A stretch of DNA of 64,000 bases from an uncultured virus (IMG/VR IMGVR_UViG_3300025404_000001) (Duplodnaviria > Heunggongvirae > Uroviricota > Caudoviricetes), in the IMG/VR virus record IMGVR_UViG_3300025404_000001; one strand, given 5' to 3'. The notes beneath the pieces are model-generated. The model made no database searches and was not told where the DNA came from. It saw nothing but the letters and a program-made list of their open reading frames with translations. Positions 19,128 to 28,453 of this stretch are shown here, piece by piece. The translations under genes were made by a program, and so were the position numbers. Every line of letters starts with the position of its first letter. Within the stretch, counting starts at the first letter, position 1.

Positions 19128-19419
19128 TCGCAAGGACCACATCGCCTTGATGCAGGATCGAGTCGCCAAGCTCTCGCTCGCCCCCGGAGACCTGATCATC
19201 GTCCGGGATGAGACTGACATGTCGACTTTTCTCGAAATGACCCAGCAGGGAATTGGTTTCACGCCCTACGCCAACCCGGTCCTGCTTGTCCGCGGCGGGT
19301 TGGAGAAGGCGAGTAGGCAGGACCTGCTTGAAGCGCTCTCGGTGATCGACCAGCAGACTGAAGGGGTGAACCGGATCGTCACCGATCTGAATGCGCCGGT
19401 GCTGAAGAAGGTGCAGTGA
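19120..19419 (+). CDS. hypothetical protein
   Basis: coupled ORF. Confidence 0.6.
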   Translation: MPDRKDHIALMQDRVAKLSLAPGDLIIVRDETDMSTFLEMTQQGIGFTPYANPVLLVRGGLEKASRQDLLEALSVIDQQTEGVNRIVTDLNAPVLKKVQ

Positions 19420-19619
19420 TGTCCAGATTTAACCCCTCGCCTACTGACCAGCTCTACTCCACAATCTGTGAAATATGGCCGCAGTACGCTTCGTATCCTC
19501 GGTCGGGTGTGGTACGACAATTCCTGCGGAAGTATCCGGCGACTAGGAGTTATCGTGAGTTGTTGCTGTTGCCCTCCGGTGTGCCTGACCCACTTAATTT
19601 ATTCAAGAAGGTGAGCTAG
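19419..19619 (+). CDS. hypothetical protein
   Basis: TGATG coupling. Confidence 0.5.
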   Translation: MSRFNPSPTDQLYSTICEIWPQYASYPRSGVVRQFLRKYPATRSYRELLLLPSGVPDPLNLFKKVS

Positions 19620-19621
19620 AT

Positions 19622-19894
19622 ATGGAATCCGTCTCCCCCGTCCTGACCGTCGCCGAAGTTGAAGCTGAGCAGGTTATCGCGCTCGGCCAAGAGGAATACT
19701 ACCCGATCATCGTCGCCCGCGTTGCCTATTCCGACGATTCCAACATCTCACTCACTCGCTACCGTCCATCTCCCACTGAACGCGCCCTGCTCGCAGCCGG
19801 AGCCGACATTCTCCTCGGTCAGCCACACCACTCCTCGATGATGCCGATTAGCATACAGTTGGCCATGCCAGGGGATTATCCGGCAGCAGAATGA
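19622..19894 (+). CDS. hypothetical phage protein
   Basis: QEEYYPI...TRYRPSPTER.LLAAGADI. Confidence 0.65.
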   Translation: MESVSPVLTVAEVEAEQVIALGQEEYYPIIVARVAYSDDSNISLTRYRPSPTERALLAAGADILLGQPHHSSMMPISIQLAMPGDYPAAE

Positions 19895-19956
19895 GTTGTA
19901 ATCAAGGGGTCAGCCGTTGTCGCGGCGGACAAGCCCAATCGCTAAGGAGATGGCCT

Positions 19957-21768
19957 ATTCCGTTAGACTTAAATCACGTCGAAAAATTCTTCTCTCGTCT
20001 TGTGATCCGTGACCGAGATGCAGGACACTTCCCTAACTTCATTCTCCGTCCACAGCAACAGGAAGTTTTCGAGATGGCAAAGGTCCACCTCGCGAAGAAG
20101 CGTCGGCTCTACATTACCTTCCTCAAAGCTCGCCGTGTGGGAATCTCTCTCCTCTCGACCGGCCTCGGCCAAGCTCACTGTATTGCGCATCCCGGTGCTC
20201 TTGCTCGTTGTGTGGCACAAAAAGCCAACGTCGCTGCCGAGAATTTCAAAACCGCCTGCGGATTCTATAATGACTGCCGCGAGTTATATTCCAACGCTCC
20301 TAAGCCTACCAAGATGATTCTTACTTGGCCGCACTTTGACGGGCCAGACTCGATCTATACTCACCATACTGCTGCGACCGTGGAAGGTGCGCGTGGGCTG
20401 ACTTCCTCCTTCTTGCACATGACCGAGGCGGCTTTCTATCCCCAGCCTGGAGTCTTCACGTCGTTGATGAACACTCTCTCGTCTGATCCCAACAACATCG
20501 CGTTGATTGAGAGCACGGCCAACGGCATGGAGGGTCCTGGCGAGGCCTACTATCAGTATTGGGAAGGAGCAATGTCAGGAGAGAACGAGTTTTTGCCAGT
20601 CTTCTTGCCGTGGTGGGGAGACGACTCTTACACACTGCCGGACGAGTTTGCCAAGGATGCTCCTCGTGATGAGTACGAGAAGTTTTTGATGAACGACATC
20701 AAGCATTGGAAAACTGGCAAGCGGGTACACATCAGCCGAGGCCAGATAGCCTGGTTTCGTGACACCTTAGCTACCCGTTGCGAGGGGATCATTGAGAGGT
20801 GGCGAGCAGAGTTTCCTGGGACTCCGGAAGAGGCGTTCATCGCGACGGGAAATCCTGCGTTCACTATCGAAGAAATTCAATTTGCGGAGAACTCAGTGGT
20901 AAAAATCCCGTGGCAGGGGAGATGCGTTCTCTCTAGCGATGGCAAGCATGGAGAACTCCAGAAAGGCACAGACGGTCCACTCTGCTTATACGAAACTCCC
21001 CAGAAGGGACACCATTATTTTATCGGCGTGGATACTGCACGTGGCGAGGAATCTACTTTGGCTCCCGGTGATTACTCAGCAATGGTTTGCTGGAACGCGG
21101 AGACCGGAGACATGGCCGCAAGGTATATGTCGCGAGTCAGCCCGGAGGAGTTATCCCCAATTGTGGCGGCTTTGGGTTATTACTTCAATGGCGCGATGAT
21201 TAACGTTGAACTTACCGGCAACCTTGGATACATTGTTATGTCCACTTTGCGCGATCGTTTGTTCTATCCCATTCAGTATCGCTGGAAAGGGCGTGATGAC
21301 AAGGCGGAGATGGGCAAGCAGGGAATGGCTTTTGGCTTCGAGACCAGCGATCGTTACCGTCGTATGATGTTCGCGTTGTTTCGGACTGCACTGCACAACA
21401 AGCGAGTCGTGCCCAAGGATAGAGAATTCGTAGCACAAATGAAGAAGGCCAAGCTGGACGTGGGTTTCAGGTGGAATGTTGCGGTTGGCCATGACGACGT
21501 TCTAATGGCGGGATTTCTTGGTTGGATAGCGCTGGAGCAGAATCACCCAGTAGCTTGTCAGACTAAATCTGTGCGTAATGTCCTGATGACCAAGGAAGAG
21601 TTGGAGACGGCAGGGTTCACTCCTGCGCGTGGGCAAATGCCTCAGTGGCTGCGTGCGCCGGAGGTGACAGGGGCGGGGATGTTGTTGACGACGGGGAACG
21701 AGCATTTGAGAAAACTGGAGTTGTACTCGAAGAGAAAGCAGAAGGCCAACAGGCTGGAGTGGATATGA
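19957..21768 (+). CDS. terL: terminase large subunit (ATT start proposed; alternative ATG 19891)
   Basis: KARRVGIS Walker A, LHMTEAAF Walker B, ESTANG, IGVDTARG, HDDVLMA. Confidence 0.9.
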   Translation: MPLDLNHVEKFFSRLVIRDRDAGHFPNFILRPQQQEVFEMAKVHLAKKRRLYITFLKARRVGISLLSTGLGQAHCIAHPGALARCVAQKANVAAENFKTACGFYNDCRELYSNAPKPTKMILTWPHFDGPDSIYTHHTAATVEGARGLTSSFLHMTEAAFYPQPGVFTSLMNTLSSDPNNIALIESTANGMEGPGEAYYQYWEGAMSGENEFLPVFLPWWGDDSYTLPDEFAKDAPRDEYEKFLMNDIKHWKTGKRVHISRGQIAWFRDTLATRCEGIIERWRAEFPGTPEEAFIATGNPAFTIEEIQFAENSVVKIPWQGRCVLSSDGKHGELQKGTDGPLCLYETPQKGHHYFIGVDTARGEESTLAPGDYSAMVCWNAETGDMAARYMSRVSPEELSPIVAALGYYFNGAMINVELTGNLGYIVMSTLRDRLFYPIQYRWKGRDDKAEMGKQGMAFGFETSDRYRRMMFALFRTALHNKRVVPKDREFVAQMKKAKLDVGFRWNVAVGHDDVLMAGFLGWIALEQNHPVACQTKSVRNVLMTKEELETAGFTPARGQMPQWLRAPEVTGAGMLLTTGNEHLRKLELYSKRKQKANRLEWI

Positions 21769-22007
21769 TGCGTAGACTAACTCAGCAACAAGCCGAAGAT
21801 CTGCCGGAAGGGACTAAGATTCGAGTTACTTGGTCTGGCGGGAATGGGCCGCATTGGTATTTCATTCATGTCGATAAGTGGGGCAACAGACAGGTGTGTT
21901 CCAACGGTTACAAGGACACTCTGGGTAGGTTCATAAGCGTGGAGTCCGTCGCAGGCGCGTTCATCGGCTTGGAGAAACCAGCAACAATATTGGAGGTTGA
22001 GGAGTGA
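21765..22007 (+). CDS. hypothetical protein
   Basis: ATGA coupling; MMRRLTQQQ... Confidence 0.6.
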   Translation: MMRRLTQQQAEDLPEGTKIRVTWSGGNGPHWYFIHVDKWGNRQVCSNGYKDTLGRFISVESVAGAFIGLEKPATILEVEE

Positions 22008-22987
22008 TTCAAGATGATCGAACAGCGAGAGAATCAATTGTTGATTTCCTTTCCGACCTCGGAGGCAGCGCAGACCTTCGCCCAGTTTCTGTCTACGTTG
22101 ATCCAGTCGCAGGAGTGCCGGCCGGATCATCCGACCCCGTCGCCGGTCGACCAGCCCGCCAGCGCAACCTCCTTGCAGCCTTCCGCAGCGTGCCCGGCGG
22201 AGGAGTTAGTGAATCAGTCGGTACCTTCTCCTCTGACCACGCGCTTCCAGCACACAGTCCTGACCGAGGAGCGTCAGGAGGTTCTTTACAACCAGCGAGC
22301 GGAGGGCCAAACCGAGCGTCAGAGGCTGCTCCGAGCCCAGGCGACCCTGCGCGACGGCGCTCTTCCTTTCCGAAAGCTGTCCAGCATACCTCCTCCGTCA
22401 GGGCAGACCAGTCCTCGGATCAAGGCGCAGCAGTCGGGCGGGTTCGCGGACGGGTCCGGGCCGGAGCCAAAGATGGGAGGAAGAAGCAAGCTGAGGGTGG
22501 CGCCGACGGGTCAGCCAAGCCCTCCCTCCCGCGCGAGATAGCCAAGCTGATCGCCAAGGCTCCCGACAGCGGCGTGCAAGTTGATTCCAACAACCCGACC
22601 AAGCTAATCCCTACCGAAGCTGCCCGCCAGGATGCCCGCCGCCTCTTTCGTGAGATCGGAGAGCGATTTAACGAGAACCGCAAGGCCAGCAAGACTCGTG
22701 CCTATGCCGCCTACCGCCATGACCTGATGGCCAACCTTGACGTGTTGATCATGGGCGGGGCGATCGATCTTAAGGAAGTGACCACAGTGATCACCAATCT
22801 TGAACTGCTGACCAAGGAGACCGAAGCCGAGGCGACTGAGACGCCGGCGACGATCTTGGGGAGATGGTTGAGGATGGACGCGGAGGAGGTAGGGGAACTG
22901 GAGCGGGGGGCGGAGGCAGAGGAGAAGGAAGTCGATCAGGAGCCCGACGAACCAGAACAAGACGACTCTGATTCCTCCTTGGGCTAA
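22004..22987 (+). CDS. hypothetical protein with helical C-terminal half and acidic tail (start uncertain)
   Basis: 327-codon frame; C-terminal ~150 aa look protein-like. Confidence 0.55.
   Translation: MIQDDRTARESIVDFLSDLGGSADLRPVSVYVDPVAGVPAGSSDPVAGRPARQRNLLAAFRSVPGGGVSESVGTFSSDHALPAHSPDRGASGGSLQPASGGPNRASEAAPSPGDPARRRSSFPKAVQHTSSVRADQSSDQGAAVGRVRGRVRAGAKDGRKKQAEGGADGSAKPSLPREIAKLIAKAPDSGVQVDSNNPTKLIPTEAARQDARRLFREIGERFNENRKASKTRAYAAYRHDLMANLDVLIMGGAIDLKEVTTVITNLELLTKETEAEATETPATILGRWLRMDAEEVGELERGAEAEEKEVDQEPDEPEQDDSDSSLG
22014..22541 (+). CDS. hypothetical protein
   Basis: GAGGAG before ATG 22014. Confidence 0.55.
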   Translation: MIEQRENQLLISFPTSEAAQTFAQFLSTLIQSQECRPDHPTPSPVDQPASATSLQPSAACPAEELVNQSVPSPLTTRFQHTVLTEERQEVLYNQRAEGQTERQRLLRAQATLRDGALPFRKLSSIPPPSGQTSPRIKAQQSGGFADGSGPEPKMGGRSKLRVAPTGQPSPPSRAR

Positions 22988-23011
22988 TAACGCCTCGTAA
23001 TTCCTTCTCGT

Positions 23012-23060
23012 CTTGGTGTTATTACTCTCCCGCCCCCTCCTCCTTCTTCCGCGCTATCAT
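23012..23060 (+). promoter_or_regulatory. putative activator-dependent late promoter, copy 1
   Basis: CTTGGTGTTATTAC-N25-GCGCTATCAT, same architecture at 28405. Confidence 0.6.
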
Positions 23061-23304
23061 CCCCATAGCACCGCCCTCCCCCCCTGAGGCGTGCCCGGAG
23101 GCTTTCGCTTGTCCACCAGCCCGAGACCGAAGTATTCCACGACCTCACCTGCCAGGTTCTCTGCCTCCCTCCCAGACAATCTGCGCAAAGAATATAACTC
23201 GCCCGATGCGCGTCCATCTGGCCGCTCGGGCGGCGGCCCGGAAGTCTCTACTCCGCACCGCGTCTCCTCCTCACGTCGCAAGGGAGAGAAGAGGAGTCGC
23301 CGCC

Positions 23305-23655
23305 GTGGATGATACCTCTGATCCTCGCCTACCTGAAGTCACCATTGAACCCGCCGACAATGGCCACGTAGTACGCTGGCATCAACGTTCCAGCAAGAAA
23401 GACCAGTCGGGACGCTCCGTTCGTCGTGTAGCTTCCACCGTTGATGAGGCACTAGCGCACGCCAAGTCCGCGCTTGGTGGCGGATCAATCAAATCATCCA
23501 AGAAGAAATCTTATCGGGATGGGCAATCTGGCTCTGGCTCGACCACTGCCGAGGGGGAGTCCGGTTCGTCCGCCTCCCCCGCTGCCCACGCGATGCACCA
23601 TTCCTCAGCGCGTCGACCCTCCCGGCGCCGCGCCAGAATTGGAGGCCGTCGTTGA
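23305..23655 (+). CDS. small protein with basic tail
   Basis: GAGGAG plus GTG; ends SARRPSRRRARIGGRR. Confidence 0.7.
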   Translation: MDDTSDPRLPEVTIEPADNGHVVRWHQRSSKKDQSGRSVRRVASTVDEALAHAKSALGGGSIKSSKKKSYRDGQSGSGSTTAEGESGSSASPAAHAMHHSSARRPSRRRARIGGRR

Positions 23656-23795
23656 AAAACGCACGTTGCACACCAGAATCGGAGGAGACTCCCGAACAGG
23701 AGTCTCGTTCACATCCCCCCTCGTTCCTGCGCAAGGCAGCTCGCATGGCCGAGCGCAAATCAGGCAAGCGCGGCTCAGCGAGAAAACGAGGTTGA
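23652..23795 (+). CDS. 47-aa basic-tailed micro-protein
   Basis: GGAGG plus TTG; ends RKSGKRGSARKRG; absent from ORF track. Confidence 0.6.
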   Translation: MKNARCTPESEETPEQESRSHPPSFLRKAARMAERKSGKRGSARKRG

Positions 23796-23797
23796 TC

Positions 23798-24079
23798 ATG
23801 CCCCAGGAATCAGAATACGGCGCAGCGCAATCCTTTCTTGGGCCGGTTATGGATTTGAAGCGCAAGGCGAGAAATCTTTATGACCGGTTGAATCAGCCAA
23901 TCGCGCCGCGCTACACTCCTTACTTCGACGATCAAGTTCGCGCGGCTAATCGATCCTTCCAGACTGCAGCCGCGGCCGAAGACGCCAAGAAGGCCGCAGT
24001 CAAGAAGGCCGTTCCCCGCACCTCCCCCAAGCGCACTCCTCCTCGCACCCCGCCGCGCCCTGCCGCGACACGGAGGTAG
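23798..24079 (+). CDS. small protein with histone-H1-like tail
   Basis: KKAAVKKAVPRTSPKRTPPR... Confidence 0.7.
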   Translation: MPQESEYGAAQSFLGPVMDLKRKARNLYDRLNQPIAPRYTPYFDDQVRAANRSFQTAAAAEDAKKAAVKKAVPRTSPKRTPPRTPPRPAATRR

Positions 24080-24085
24080 TCCGCG

Positions 24086-24310
24086 ATGCCTTGGCAACCC
24101 TCCGACTCCTCTCGATTCACACACAAGGCCGGTTCGCCGAAGCGTAAGCGCCAGTGGGCTGAGGTGGCTGACTCGATGCTGGCTCGAACTGGGGACGAGG
24201 GAACAGCGATCCGTGCGGCCAACTCGGTTATCAAGAAGAGTCAGAAGTCGGGTCAGTCAAGCCGGTCCGGTCGCGCTCACCATCCAAAACACGCAAGCAA
24301 AAGAGGCTAG
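24086..24310 (+). CDS. ChaB-like small phage protein
   Basis: MPW...RQWAEVA...GDEGTAIRAANS. Confidence 0.6.
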   Translation: MPWQPSDSSRFTHKAGSPKRKRQWAEVADSMLARTGDEGTAIRAANSVIKKSQKSGQSSRSGRAHHPKHASKRG

Positions 24311-24311
24311 T

Positions 24312-25574
24312 ATGCAAAGGTTTTTGCACCGTGCGTTTGTTTTGTATGCCCTATCGATATTTCTGTTCCTCACTCCCGTTTCTGTACTTGCTGCGCCAGC
24401 TGCTGCGGCCTACTGCCTGAATCCCTCGAATATATGGATTCCCGTGGCAATGGCAGCGACAGGTACGGCTTATCCCGGCACTCCTCCTCCTTACGCTCTT
24501 TATGGGAATTACAACAGCGGCACGGTCTGGTATCCTCTGGCCTGCGATGCAAACGGCAACCTCATAGTCACAGGAACCGGCGGCACTCCAGTTTCCCTTC
24601 AGAATGGCAGCACGGCAGTAACCCAGCCGATGCCTTACGACTTCTCTACGCTTATCTCTACCGATGCTTTTGTGGTTACCTTGGTCGACCTGCAAATGGG
24701 AACCGCGCCGATCGGCAGCGTCACCGGCGGTACCTATTCATTCAACTCTGCTTGCACTGGTGTGCACCTTCTCTATAACGGCAGCGGTGGCGCGGTATCC
24801 AGCATCAACACGTGGCTGGCTGGAAGCGGCTGTCAAGCGGGTGATGTAGTCACGGTCAATGCCGGCAACTATGACTCGCTTTTGCAAATCACGGCTGTCA
24901 CTTCCGGCACTCCTACTGCAGGTACGATCCTTTACGGAGGAACTGGATACCCTGCCGGCTTATCCTCCTCGACCACGTCGACAGGGGCCAACGCAGTTCA
25001 GTTCACTTTTCTGCTTTCAGGCACGCTTACCTCCAACGCCACGTTTGTAATGCCCTATGGCAGCTACATAACGACCTCGAATCAGTGGTTTTGGGCCAAC
25101 AATACAACCGGAGCGTTTACCGTTACGGTCTGTCAGGCGACCTCCGCTGGGGCGAATACTTGCGGCGCTGGAACAAGCGTTGTGTTGCCGCAGGGGACAG
25201 GCAACAATTCAACTGTACTGCTCAGTACGGACGGCGTGTTGAACGTTTGGGTCCCTTCTACTTTCACTCCGCCTGTGAACGCGCCTGGCTTTCGATCTCA
25301 AGGAACCATATTCTCGGTCACTGGCTGCGGAACTGCTACCTCGCTCGTCGGAGGATCAACCGCAGGCAAGTTTGTCGCGGCGCAGGCTGCCTGCACTCCA
25401 GTGGTCACCACCAACCTGACTGCGCCCAACGGCTATTCTTGCTGGATGAACGATCGCACCACAACGACCGTAAAGTTCCAGGAAACCGCTTCGACGCAGA
25501 CAACGGTAACTTTCACCGCGACTGGAACGCTAGGCGGCACGGACACAATTGATTTCGGCTGCTTGGAGTACTAG
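24312..25574 (+). CDS. fibre-like Thr/Gly-rich protein with N-terminal signal peptide
   Basis: MQRFLHR plus hydrophobic stretch plus VLA-A; C-terminal domain homologous to the tailspike end. Confidence 0.75.
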   Translation: MQRFLHRAFVLYALSIFLFLTPVSVLAAPAAAAYCLNPSNIWIPVAMAATGTAYPGTPPPYALYGNYNSGTVWYPLACDANGNLIVTGTGGTPVSLQNGSTAVTQPMPYDFSTLISTDAFVVTLVDLQMGTAPIGSVTGGTYSFNSACTGVHLLYNGSGGAVSSINTWLAGSGCQAGDVVTVNAGNYDSLLQITAVTSGTPTAGTILYGGTGYPAGLSSSTTSTGANAVQFTFLLSGTLTSNATFVMPYGSYITTSNQWFWANNTTGAFTVTVCQATSAGANTCGAGTSVVLPQGTGNNSTVLLSTDGVLNVWVPSTFTPPVNAPGFRSQGTIFSVTGCGTATSLVGGSTAGKFVAAQAACTPVVTTNLTAPNGYSCWMNDRTTTTVKFQETASTQTTVTFTATGTLGGTDTIDFGCLEY

Positions 25575-25622
25575 CTAGCCGCAACAGACGAAACGGTGTT
25601 AACCTGACAGGAGAGAAACCAG

Positions 25623-25871
25623 ATGGCTAAGCTCAGTTACTCAAAACGCAAGCACATGCCCAAGTCAGAGTTCGTAGAGCCTGGAAAACGAGGTTATCCA
25701 ATTCCTGATGCCGGTCATGCGCGCAATGCTTTGGCTCGCGTCAGCCAACATGGTTCTGAGGCAGAGAAGGAAAAAGTCAGGGCAGCGGTTCATCACAAGT
25801 TTCCAGGCATCGGCGCTGGCGACAAAAAGTCTAAGCGCGCGGTGCATCGTCGCACCCGCTCACGTGCTTAG
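25623..25871 (+). CDS. small basic phage protein (YPIPD..HARNALAR family)
   Basis: motif plus SD AGGAG. Confidence 0.7.
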   Translation: MAKLSYSKRKHMPKSEFVEPGKRGYPIPDAGHARNALARVSQHGSEAEKEKVRAAVHHKFPGIGAGDKKSKRAVHRRTRSRA

Positions 25872-25883
25872 AGGGAGTACGCT

Positions 25884-27656
25884 ATCTCAAACCTGATCTT
25901 CATTGGCGCGGCGAAGAAATCCTCTAAGCAGGAACACATAGACCCTCGCGCTCGGCACATCGCTGATTGGGTACTGGCCTCCGACTCCGCGCGCAACAAG
26001 GCTCTTGGCGAGGACTTCGCCAAGAGCGCTGAGTCCCTCTACAACCTCGCCGACGCGATGACCCCCGGCCCGGTCTACCGCCCGTCCCTCTCGATACCCA
26101 TGCTTCAGCGGATCATGCTCGAAGAGGCCAACCAGGTCAGCTCCCTCTCGCCGCGCATGTACGTGTTCCCGTCAGCCGGCTCCTCTGACCCGTCCTACGC
26201 CGGCGCGCAACAGGCCGATCCAAGCCTGCCCTCCGCCTCCGCTCGCGACCTCTCCCGCGAAGTATCCCTCCAGGCCCAGTGGCAGATCTCCAAGATGAAC
26301 CTTCATCTCCTGATGGCCGGACTCACTGCGCGATACTGCGGCGCCGGGTGGATCGTTGCCGGGTTCGATCCGGACCTTTCTCGCGCCCGCGGCGGTATGT
26401 GGGCTCGGTCGACCGACCCGAGGCTGGTCTTCTTCGATCCCGGCGCGGACTATACCTGGAACCCCTCGTTCTCCGGCTGGCGCACGTGGATGAACCTTGA
26501 AGATGTCCGGCTGAAGTGGCCACTGACCTCGCAGGCTATAAAGCCCCGGCATACCTCGGGCGGGTTCCAGCCGTTTTCGGGTGACTCGGGCTACGGCATC
26601 TCCCAGCCTTACGGTCCGATGTCTACCATGCCCGGCACGCCCGGCCAGAACGCGCGTACACAATCCTCGGAATGGCGCGTGCTGGTGACCCACTGCTTCT
26701 GCCGGGACTACACACGTGAGACCGTGGATAAGGCGGACATTCCCCAGGCCTCGCTGATCGAACCGGAAGTCCGCCTGAAATACCCCAATGGCCGCTGGCT
26801 GGTCGAGTGCGAGGGTGTGATTCTCCAAGACGGCGACAACCCTTATCCTCCGCGCCGCGACATTTTAGCTCCACGTTTCCCCCTCTTCCCCAACTACGTC
26901 ATGCCGCCACTATTCGGTCCGTGGGGAATACCCGTGACGCGCATGACCGAGAATCTCCAACGCCTTGCCCAGCGTTTCTACACGCAGATTTTCGAGAATG
27001 GCTTACGCATGAACAACGGCGTGTGGTTCATTGACGAGAACACCGGGATTGACGTGGATGGATTTGGCGGACTCCCCGGCGAGGTCTGCATGATCAAGCC
27101 GAACTCGCGTCCGCCGCAGGTCGTAACCCCGAACGCTATGGGGTCGGGCGCGTTGCAAGGCGCGGAGAAGTTGCTCGCCTTGCAGAACGACTGCCTCGGG
27201 TTTTCGGCTTCCAGACAGGGCAACCCCGGTGATGGCAATGTCTCGACCGACTTGTTTGACAGCGCGGTCCTTCAATCCTCGGGGATGCTGCAACTGGCCG
27301 GACGATTCTTGGCTGAGACGGCCGAAGCTATCGGTACTTTTTATTTTGACTGCATGTGCAAATTTCAACAAAAGTCTACTTTAGCTTATAGAGGTCCAGA
27401 GGGAGTTACTTTAGCCAGTTGGGGAGGAATAGTTGATCCGCTGACTTATGACCTTGCTCTGGACGATGCCAGCGTTAGACCCCTCAGTGAAGCAGTGATT
27501 CGTAAACTTACCCCTAGTTTGATGGAAAAAGGAGTAATAGGTACCGAAAGAGGCCTACGAACGCTTGGTTATCCTGATCCAGAGGGTGTTTCATCTGAAC
27601 AGAAAACAGAGCAAGCGCTTCAGGCCTTGGCAAAAATAAGAAGTGGTAGAAAGTAA
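25884..27656 (+). CDS. portal protein (ATC start proposed)
   Basis: about 590 aa between terminase and scaffold; DPRLVFFDP, PWGIPV...LQ; frame open from 25884 after SD GAGGGAG. Confidence 0.8.
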   Translation: MSNLIFIGAAKKSSKQEHIDPRARHIADWVLASDSARNKALGEDFAKSAESLYNLADAMTPGPVYRPSLSIPMLQRIMLEEANQVSSLSPRMYVFPSAGSSDPSYAGAQQADPSLPSASARDLSREVSLQAQWQISKMNLHLLMAGLTARYCGAGWIVAGFDPDLSRARGGMWARSTDPRLVFFDPGADYTWNPSFSGWRTWMNLEDVRLKWPLTSQAIKPRHTSGGFQPFSGDSGYGISQPYGPMSTMPGTPGQNARTQSSEWRVLVTHCFCRDYTRETVDKADIPQASLIEPEVRLKYPNGRWLVECEGVILQDGDNPYPPRRDILAPRFPLFPNYVMPPLFGPWGIPVTRMTENLQRLAQRFYTQIFENGLRMNNGVWFIDENTGIDVDGFGGLPGEVCMIKPNSRPPQVVTPNAMGSGALQGAEKLLALQNDCLGFSASRQGNPGDGNVSTDLFDSAVLQSSGMLQLAGRFLAETAEAIGTFYFDCMCKFQQKSTLAYRGPEGVTLASWGGIVDPLTYDLALDDASVRPLSEAVIRKLTPSLMEKGVIGTERGLRTLGYPDPEGVSSEQKTEQALQALAKIRSGRK

Positions 27657-27695
27657 ATAAGCACTCGGACGATAACTGACCAAGTGCTTATTTGC
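27653..27695. terminator. hairpin between convergent genes
   Basis: GTAAATAAGCACT...AGTGCTTATTTGC. Confidence 0.55.
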
Positions 27696-27760
27696 ACCTC
27701 ACCAGGCCTTGCCGTACCCTAGCCAAGCCTGCCATACCACGACTTACCAAACCTGAATTG

Positions 27761-27904
27761 TTAAAGTTTTTGTCTCTGAGCCAGTTCCTGCACGGCGCGT
27801 TCAACTACGCCGGTTTTAGACAGGCCCAATAACTCCGAGAGGGCAACTATCCACTTCACCGTCCTCTCGGTTACACGATACGCAACTGAGATCCGGTTTG
27901 TCAT
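27761..27904 (-). CDS. 47-aa ribbon-helix-helix (CopG/Arc-like) regulator
   Basis: MTNRISVAYRV...LSELLGLSKTGVVERAV; own promoter TTGACA-N17-TACAGT; absent from ORF track. Confidence 0.75.
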   Translation of the reverse strand: MTNRISVAYRVTERTVKWIVALSELLGLSKTGVVERAVQELAQRQKL

Positions 27905-27910
27905 GGATCT

Positions 27911-28000
27911 ACTGTATAGAGTTTATCTATACGTGTCAAGAGCAATCCTCTTGTGCGCCATAAATAATTTCTTGACCCGTCCTCCTTTTAGGCCTATCCT
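27911..28000. promoter_or_regulatory. divergent promoter pair
   Basis: minus TTGACA(27939)-N17-TACAGT; plus TTGACC(27972)-N17-TATCCT. Confidence 0.7.
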
Positions 28001-28027
28001 TCTCGCTAGGAACTCCTTGGGAGTGTG

Positions 28028-28345
28028 ATGAGAACTGAAGTGGAGCCTGTGCGGTCAAAGCCTTCTTCTACTGCAACCAAGAAATCCGATCCAGTTCAGT
28101 CCCCTGCCCTTACTACACTTTCCACTTCTCCCGCATCTCCCGCCTCCTCCTCTCGCCTGTCCGCACACAATTGGCGAGCACACTGGCTGACCGCCGTCGA
28201 GTTCTCTCGCGTGACGGGCCGGCCTCTGCATACCATCTACACTTGGCTGCGAAACGGGACTCTTGCTGAGTTTGGCATCCCGGTCTATCAAACACGGCAC
28301 GGTGGCCTGCACTCAGCGCGGGTGTTCATTAAGAATGTTTTCTGA
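28028..28345 (+). CDS. MerR/excisionase-like HTH protein
   Basis: WLTAVEFSRVTGRPLHTIYTWLRNG. Confidence 0.7.
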   Translation: MRTEVEPVRSKPSSTATKKSDPVQSPALTTLSTSPASPASSSRLSAHNWRAHWLTAVEFSRVTGRPLHTIYTWLRNGTLAEFGIPVYQTRHGGLHSARVFIKNVF

Positions 28346-28404
28346 TCGCTGAGCTATTCTGGCGCACGACTGGCCTCATCCCGTCCCCACCCTATCTCGT
28401 TCTA

Positions 28405-28453
28405 CTTGGTGTTATTACCCATCCCCCTATTTCTCTCCGTCTTGCGCTACCAT
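28405..28453 (+). promoter_or_regulatory. putative activator-dependent late promoter, copy 2
   Basis: CTTGGTGTTATTAC-N25-GCGCTACCAT. Confidence 0.6.

Noticed and set aside
27700..27755. Five-base periodic CC repeats
   Set aside because: Short and degenerate, with no supportable function
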